From: an uncultured Collinsella sp.
GTDB lineage: Bacteria; Actinomycetota; Coriobacteriia; Coriobacteriales; Coriobacteriaceae
Direction of reading: 5' to 3'
NCBI GenBank assembly: GCA_902405995.1
Contig: CABPCG010000005.1
Span: 7,116-71,115, forward strand
Length of the DNA: 64,000 nucleotides
Every line of letters begins with the position of its first letter. The first letter of the stretch is position 1. Shown here one piece after another: positions 58,479 to 64,000 of this stretch. The position numbers were made by a program, and so were the translations under genes. The notes under the pieces were generated by a model, which ran no database searches, was not told the DNA's origin, and was given only the letters and a program-made list of their open reading frames with translations.

Positions 58479-59387
58479 ATGATCAAACTTGTGCTGACCG
58501 ATATGGACGATACGCTGATTCCGGCCGGGCATGACGGCGCCAGCGACTATGCCATCGAGGGCATTCATGCCATGCAGGCGGCGGGTCTGCACTTTGGTCC
58601 GGTTTCGGGTCGTCAGCCGTCTGCGATGGGCTGGATGTTTAAAAATCGTTCCGAGTGCTATTCGACCGGCGCATTCTGTAACGGCCAGGTCATGTTTGTC
58701 GACGGCGAGGCGGTCGCCTCGCGTGCGACCGATAGCGACGCACTAATGCGTTTAGCCGCCTATCTGGAAGAAGAAACCGACGATACCTATCTGAAGGTCT
58801 ACAGCTTAGGTGATGACTTTTGGGATAACGATGCCTATTGCGTGACACGTGATGCCGAGCGTGTGCGTCGCGCTATGGAATCGGGCGGCAATGCGTGGCT
58901 CAAGGGCGAAGAGGCCCCGTGCCGCCCTGTCGTCGATGATGCGCCGGTGTTCAAGGCGAATATCTGGAGCGCCCGTTCGCGTGAGGAGCTCGCGGAGCTA
59001 CGCGAGCGCGTTGCCGCCGAGGTGCCGGAGCTCTCGCTTGTGTTTCCCAACAACCGTGTGCGCCTGTTCGACATCCTTCCGGCTGGTTGGGACAAGGGCT
59101 GCGCTGCGCTGGAGCTGGCGCGCGCTTTGGGCCTAACGCCCGACGAGGTGGCCGTATTTGGCGATTCCGATAACGATCTGCCCATGATCGATGCCGTTCC
59201 CAACTCCGTTGCAGTCGCCAATGCTAACGAGGCCGTCACGGCTGCCGCGCGCTGGCATATCGGCGCTGCGGCAGATGATGCGGTTGCCGGGGCTCTGCAT
59301 CAGATTGCCGCCTGCGCCGCGACGGGGGAGATGCCGTCGTTTATGCGTCAGATGGACGCGACGGGTTCGGGTATCGCGGACGTCTAG
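58479..59387 (+). CDS. Cof-type HAD-IIB family hydrolase
   Basis: DxDxT motif LTDMDDTL, later GDSDNDLPM motif. Confidence 0.8.
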   Translation: MIKLVLTDMDDTLIPAGHDGASDYAIEGIHAMQAAGLHFGPVSGRQPSAMGWMFKNRSECYSTGAFCNGQVMFVDGEAVASRATDSDALMRLAAYLEEETDDTYLKVYSLGDDFWDNDAYCVTRDAERVRRAMESGGNAWLKGEEAPCRPVVDDAPVFKANIWSARSREELAELRERVAAEVPELSLVFPNNRVRLFDILPAGWDKGCAALELARALGLTPDEVAVFGDSDNDLPMIDAVPNSVAVANANEAVTAAARWHIGAAADDAVAGALHQIAACAATGEMPSFMRQMDATGSGIADV

Positions 59388-59397
59388 GGAGGCCATC

Positions 59398-60294
59398 ATG
59401 AAGCTCCAGCAGCTCAGATATGTCGTCAAAGTTGCCGAATGCGGCAGCATCACCGAGGCCTCGCGCCGGCTCTTTGTGTCGCAGCCTTCGATTACCGCGT
59501 CAATTCGCGATCTCGAAAACGAGATGGGTGTACACATCTTTGAGCGCACCAACAAGGGCGTCATTGTGTCCGAGGAAGGCGAGACCTTCTTGGGCTACGC
59601 GCGCCAGGTGCTCGACCAGGCCGACCTGCTCGAGGGCAAGTACAAAGGCACGTCCGAGCAGGTGCCGCACTTTAGTGTGAGCTGCCAGCATTATTCCTTT
59701 GCCGTTAATGCATTTGTCGATGTGATCCGCGAGTTCGATGCCGCGCGCTACGACTTTACCCTGCGCGAGGAACAGACCCACGAGATTATCGAGGACGTCG
59801 CGCATATGAAAAGCGAGCTCGGCATCCTGTATCTGTCGGAGCACAATCGCGAGGTCATCGAGCGCATGTTGGCGGCCAACGAGCTCGTGTTCGAAGGGCT
59901 CTTCTGCGCCACGCCGCATGTCTTCGTGTGCGCCGACCATCCGCTGGCGGGCCGCTCGAGTGTGACGCTCGAGGACTTGGAAGACTACCCGTTCCTGTCC
60001 TATGAGCAGGGCAGCTATAACTCGTTTTACTATTCCGAGGAGCTGACCTCGACCTTTGAGCGCCGCAAGAATATCCGCGTGCGCGACCGTGCGACGCTGT
60101 TCAACCTAGCTATGGGCCTTAACGGCTACACGGTGTGTTCGGGCGTGATCAGCCATGAGCTTAACGGCCCCGGTATTATCTCGATTCCGCTCGATGTAGA
60201 CGAGTACATGGAGATCGGCATTATCACGCGCAAAAATACGACGCTCACGCGCTATGGGCAGGCCTATATCGAAGCGATTCGTCAGCATATCTAG
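59398..60294 (+). CDS. LysR family transcriptional regulator
   Basis: HTH LQQLRYVVKVAECGSITEASRRLFVSQPSITASIRDLE; ATG 10 nt after HAD stop with GGGAGG RBS. Confidence 0.85.
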   Translation: MKLQQLRYVVKVAECGSITEASRRLFVSQPSITASIRDLENEMGVHIFERTNKGVIVSEEGETFLGYARQVLDQADLLEGKYKGTSEQVPHFSVSCQHYSFAVNAFVDVIREFDAARYDFTLREEQTHEIIEDVAHMKSELGILYLSEHNREVIERMLAANELVFEGLFCATPHVFVCADHPLAGRSSVTLEDLEDYPFLSYEQGSYNSFYYSEELTSTFERRKNIRVRDRATLFNLAMGLNGYTVCSGVISHELNGPGIISIPLDVDEYMEIGIITRKNTTLTRYGQAYIEAIRQHI

Positions 60295-60449
60295 GGTGCT
60301 GTGCTCCGCACGGTTCAAGTCTCTTTATGGCAGTCCAGACTGATATAGGAAGCATCTATATCAAACTGTTATAAACGTATATTTTACGATGGTCATATGA
60401 GCGCTCATACTCTGTCCCAGTAAAGCAACCAATGCAAAGGGAGATATCT

Positions 60450-61583
60450 ATGAGCACTTCGATTCAACCGAACGCGCCGTTTCGCGCCGATATCGTCGGC
60501 AGCTTTCTTCGTCCGCAGGCTGTAAAGGACGCCCGTGCCGCCTATGTCGCGGGTAAACTCGACGCTTCCGGCCTTAAGGCCGTCGAGGACGATGCCATTC
60601 GCGATTTGGTGGCCAAGCAGAAGGCCGCCGGCCTGCAGGTGATCACCGATGGCGAGTTCCGCCGCAGCTACTGGCACCTCGATTTTATGTGGGGCCTTAA
60701 CGGTATTGAGCGCCGCACCTCACGCACGGGTTATATGTTCCATGACGAGGAGACGACGGCCGACACCGCCGTGGTTACCGGTTCCATTAGCGGCGAGAAC
60801 CACCCGTTCGTCGAGCATTTTAAGTTCGTCAAGGCGCTTGAGGGGGAGGGCCAGGTCGCGCGCCAGACCATTCCGGCGCCGATCCAGACGTTCTCCGAAG
60901 TCACGCTCGACCGTTGCGATGGCCAGCAGGAGAGTCTGCGCGCCGTCTACAAGACCGACGAAGAGCTCGCCGATGCCATCGCGGCAGCATACCGCACCGT
61001 GATTGCCGACCTGTACGCAGCAGGCTGCCGCAATATCCAGTTTGATGACTGTACTTGGGGTATCTACTGCGACACCGATTTCGTGGCAAAGACCGGCATG
61101 AGCCCGGTCGACCTGCAAAAGGTAAGCGAGCTGGGCGTGGCGCTCAACAACGCCGCCATCGAGGGCAAGCCCGACGATCTGGTCATCAACACGCACGTGT
61201 GCCGCGGCAACTATCACTCCACGTATGCCTTCGAGGGTGGTTACGATCCCATTGCACCGTACCTGTTTGCGCACGAGGATGTCGACGCGTTCTACCTTGA
61301 GTTCGATACGCCGCGCGCCGGTGGCTTTGAGCCGCTCAAGTATGTTGCTCCCGGCAAGAAGGTCGTGCTGGGCCTGGTGACCACCAAGGCCGCTGAGCTC
61401 GAGGACGAGGATGCCATCGTCGAACGTATTCACGAGGCCGCAAAGTATGTGCCGCTCGTGAACCTGTGCCTGTCGCCCCAGTGCGGCTTTGCCAGCTGTG
61501 AGATTGGCAACAAACTGACCGAGGACGAACAGTGGGCAAAGATCGCGCTGGTCAAGCGCATTTCCGAGCGCGTTTGGAAGTAA
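60450..61583 (+). CDS. Cobalamin-independent methionine synthase-like protein (MetE C-terminal domain family, YxjG/YxjH-like)
   Basis: 378 aa, UROD/MetE-like fold motifs DGEFRR, zinc-ligand region HVCRGNY and CLSPQCGF. Confidence 0.65.
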   Translation: MSTSIQPNAPFRADIVGSFLRPQAVKDARAAYVAGKLDASGLKAVEDDAIRDLVAKQKAAGLQVITDGEFRRSYWHLDFMWGLNGIERRTSRTGYMFHDEETTADTAVVTGSISGENHPFVEHFKFVKALEGEGQVARQTIPAPIQTFSEVTLDRCDGQQESLRAVYKTDEELADAIAAAYRTVIADLYAAGCRNIQFDDCTWGIYCDTDFVAKTGMSPVDLQKVSELGVALNNAAIEGKPDDLVINTHVCRGNYHSTYAFEGGYDPIAPYLFAHEDVDAFYLEFDTPRAGGFEPLKYVAPGKKVVLGLVTTKAAELEDEDAIVERIHEAAKYVPLVNLCLSPQCGFASCEIGNKLTEDEQWAKIALVKRISERVWK

Positions 61584-61706
61584 CGCTACCGTTTGCAGGT
61601 GACGGCGCGTGCGAGACATGGCATATCACGTACAATGGTTCGGATCGTATCGTTCGGGCAGGTTATCCGATATGCCTGATCGCCCTTCCATCATGAAAGG
61701 ACTTCC

Positions 61707-63041
61707 ATGTCCCAATCCTCGACGCCCGCCGTCACCGATGCCATCTACGATGCATCGTCGCTCGGCCGCCCGCGCATGTTTGTGTTGGGTTTGCAACACA
61801 TGTTTGCGATGTTCGGAGCCACGGTGCTCGTGCCTGTGCTCACCGGCCTTTCCGTTTCGGCGACGCTTCTGTTCGCCGGCATCGGCACGCTGCTGTTTCA
61901 TTTTCTATCGCGCGGTAAGGTGCCCGCGTTTCTGGGCTCGTCGTTTGCTTTTATCGCGGGTTATGCCGCCATTGCACCCAACGGCGAGGCCGAGCTTTTG
62001 CCCTACGCCTGCCTGGGCGTTGCCTGCGCCGGTCTACTCTATCCGGTACTTGCGGCACTCTTCCGCGCATTTGGCGCCAAGCGTGTCATGCGCTTCTTTC
62101 CGCCGGTGGTGACCGGTCCCATCGTCATTTCCATCGGCCTGATCCTGGCGAGCTCTGCCATTGCCAACTGCCAGACCAACTGGCTTGTCGCCGTTATCGC
62201 TGTGGCCGTGATCGTCATCTGCAACATCTGGGGCCGCGGCATGATCAAGATCGTGCCGATTTTGCTGGGCGTTGTGGTGAGCTATGCCGTTGCGACTGCG
62301 CTCGGCGAGGTTGATTTCTCGGGCGTTGCCGCCGCTCCGTGGGTCGGTCTGCCCATCGTGTGGGACAACACCGTGTTTGCACTCTTTGGGCCGCAGTTCG
62401 ATAGCGGTCTTGCCACGACGGCCATCATCACCATCATGCCGCTGGCTTTCGCGACCATGATCGAGCATATCGGTGATATCTCGGCTATCGGCTCCACTTG
62501 CGAGCGTAACTACATCGCCGATCCCGGCCTGCATCGCACGCTGCTCGGCGATGGTCTCGCCACGATTCTGGCGTCGCTCTTTGGCGCTCCGGCCAACACC
62601 ACGTATGGCGAGAACACCGGCGTGCTCGCCCTGACGCGCGTGTTCGACCCGCGCGTGATTCGCATTGCCGCCTGCTGCGCCATCGTGCTTTCGTTCTGCC
62701 CCAAGTTTGCTGCCGTGATCGCCGCCATGCCAGCGTGTGTAATCGGCGGCGTGTCGCTCGTGCTCTACGGCATGATCAGCGCCGTGGGCGTCCGTAACCT
62801 CATCGAGAATCAGGTTGATTTCCAGAACAACCGCAACGTGCTGGTGGCGGCTCTGGTGCTCGTGCTTTCGCTCGGCATTGCCTACAGTACCGCCGGTGCC
62901 ATCGTGCTGGAGCTGGGCGGCGTGACCATTTCGCTCTCGGGCCTTGCCGTGGGTTCGCTGGTGGGCATTGTGCTCAATGCCATCCTACCGGGCAACGACT
63001 TTGAGTTCGACGTCTCTGAACTCGAGGAGGCCGCCGAGTAA
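61707..63041 (+). CDS. NCS2 family uracil/xanthine permease
   Basis: UraA/PyrP-like motifs QHMFAMFGATVLVP, 13-14 TM, 444 aa. Confidence 0.8.
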   Translation: MSQSSTPAVTDAIYDASSLGRPRMFVLGLQHMFAMFGATVLVPVLTGLSVSATLLFAGIGTLLFHFLSRGKVPAFLGSSFAFIAGYAAIAPNGEAELLPYACLGVACAGLLYPVLAALFRAFGAKRVMRFFPPVVTGPIVISIGLILASSAIANCQTNWLVAVIAVAVIVICNIWGRGMIKIVPILLGVVVSYAVATALGEVDFSGVAAAPWVGLPIVWDNTVFALFGPQFDSGLATTAIITIMPLAFATMIEHIGDISAIGSTCERNYIADPGLHRTLLGDGLATILASLFGAPANTTYGENTGVLALTRVFDPRVIRIAACCAIVLSFCPKFAAVIAAMPACVIGGVSLVLYGMISAVGVRNLIENQVDFQNNRNVLVAALVLVLSLGIAYSTAGAIVLELGGVTISLSGLAVGSLVGIVLNAILPGNDFEFDVSELEEAAE

Positions 63042-63061
63042 GGCCGGCTATCGATAAATCT

Positions 63062-63106
63062 AAAAAATGGCTCCCATGCGTGCAGCTACGCGTGGGAGCC
63101 ATTTTT
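63062..63106. terminator. Bidirectional intrinsic terminator (aaaaaatggctcccatgcgtgcagctacgcgtgggagccattttt)
   Basis: Long GC hairpin flanked by A6 and T5 between convergent permease (+) and esterase (-). Confidence 0.7.
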
Positions 63107-63818
63107 AGTGCGTGAGTATCCAGTGGATGCCGCGGGCCATGCGCAAGTCGGTTTGGGCAAAGTGATTGCCGGGGTTGAGCTCCAGCGTTGTTGGAATGTC
63201 GCGCTCGACGAGCAACGCTTCCATCGCGCGTGTGTCGTCGAGTACGTGCCGCATCATGCGGTTGGGCGTCTTGGTTTCCATTTTGCCGAGTGACAGATAG
63301 ACGGCTTGCGGGCTGCCGGCAAATGGCGCCGTGCTGGCGCGATCGACAAATTCGGGAAACCACAGCGACCCCGATGCGCTTGCAGCGCGGTCAAAGGCGT
63401 CGGTTTGCCAGAGAGCCCAAAGCGAAAAGAGGCCTGCCAGCGAGTAGCCAGCAACGCCGTGCCAGGTGGGCGGCTGAGGAAGCGACGACTCGACCTGGGG
63501 GATTATCTGATTCAGCAGCTCATCAAGAAAACCGGCAGCTTGGCCGCCGAAAGGCTCGGCATCGCGCACGGTTCCGTCGCATGCCCAGGGGCTCAGCTCG
63601 CGATTCCAATCGAGCCCGCCAATGGCGACGAGGGTGAATGGAGGACAGTCGAGCTCTCGGCAGCACTCGTAGACTTTACTACCGTCGTCCATGACAACGG
63701 GGAGGTAGATGACGGGCGCGCTTTCCGTATGCTCCGAATGAACGGTTATCTGCTTATGATGCGCTTCCAAGGCAGGCTTCTCTCGGCGTTGTGATATCGA
63801 CGGCCCCCATTGTCGCAC
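63105..63818 (-). CDS. Alpha/beta-hydrolase esterase (putative esterase family; start codon uncertain, possibly internal ATG near 63692)
   Basis: GYSLAG nucleophile elbow (GxSxG), conserved esterase-D-like segments. Confidence 0.6.
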   Translation of the reverse strand: MRQWGPSISQRREKPALEAHHKQITVHSEHTESAPVIYLPVVMDDGSKVYECCRELDCPPFTLVAIGGLDWNRELSPWACDGTVRDAEPFGGQAAGFLDELLNQIIPQVESSLPQPPTWHGVAGYSLAGLFSLWALWQTDAFDRAASASGSLWFPEFVDRASTAPFAGSPQAVYLSLGKMETKTPNRMMRHVLDDTRAMEALLVERDIPTTLELNPGNHFAQTDLRMARGIHWILTH

Positions 63819-64000
63819 GCCGGCTCATGCAGGTTGGGCTAGACCAAAGACAATCTCGTGCATACCCTGCGGACGCATATGGAAAACGCCACCGCCGGAG
63901 GGGAGCTCGGCGGTGGCGTTGTTAAACGGTGCTGGGACTCGGGGCCTTCGCGGGAGCTGCCATGTGCGCAGAGGCGTCTAAGAGCGCTTGCGGCTCGCCA

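Overview
High-GC (roughly 60-65%) bacterial chromosomal segment with anaerobe-type gene content, possibly a high-GC Gram-positive such as Coriobacteriia; this taxon guess is inference only. It is mostly dense housekeeping and accessory genes, each assigned by strong motif evidence. Identified genes: a partial CoA-disulfide-reductase/rhodanese gene; a MacB-like fused ABC ATPase-permease; release factor 3 (prfC); ung; rlmA; rsmJ; a Dus-family gene; a TsaA-like gene; a TrmL-like gene; a thiM-ykoF-thiE operon behind a TPP riboswitch; a YhhQ-type queuosine-precursor transporter behind a candidate preQ1 riboswitch; MATE, EamA, MFS and uracil permeases; a hybrid sensor kinase; two tandem GGDEF/EAL paralogs; a patatin; a COG0523 GTPase; LysR, TetR, GntR and XRE regulators. 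Six things stand out. (1) A sequence-conserved 31-33 nt palindromic extragenic element, core TGTGACAAAGGGACAGTCCCTTTGTCACA, is present in at least 9 copies, always intergenic. It is accompanied by a second hairpin repeat family, a 54-nt composite palindrome, and a roughly 200-bp MITE-like inverted repeat in one repeat-packed divergent intergenic region. (2) A TetR-controlled cluster holds an agmatine-deiminase-family enzyme with insertions, an OTC/PTC-family carbamoyltransferase with a variant HELP (not HCLP) motif, and two paralogous MFS transporters. Shared CGGTAGGTAT operator-like motifs lie upstream. (3) A low-GC island of about 3.9 kb is bounded by 14-bp direct repeats and palindromic elements. 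It carries a serine recombinase and three secreted or membrane proteins of unknown function: an FxLYD-domain lipoprotein, a DUF4230 protein, and an unrecognised 353-aa protein. (4) A Tet(M)-like ribosomal-protection GTPase sits next to a translationally coupled Arch-ATPase and a UvrA class-II paralog. (5) A triple 62-bp tandem repeat lies in an intergenic region. (6) A TrmL homolog has an in-frame insertion of about 42 aa. Many long antisense ORFs in the six-frame track are high-GC artifacts and are rejected.
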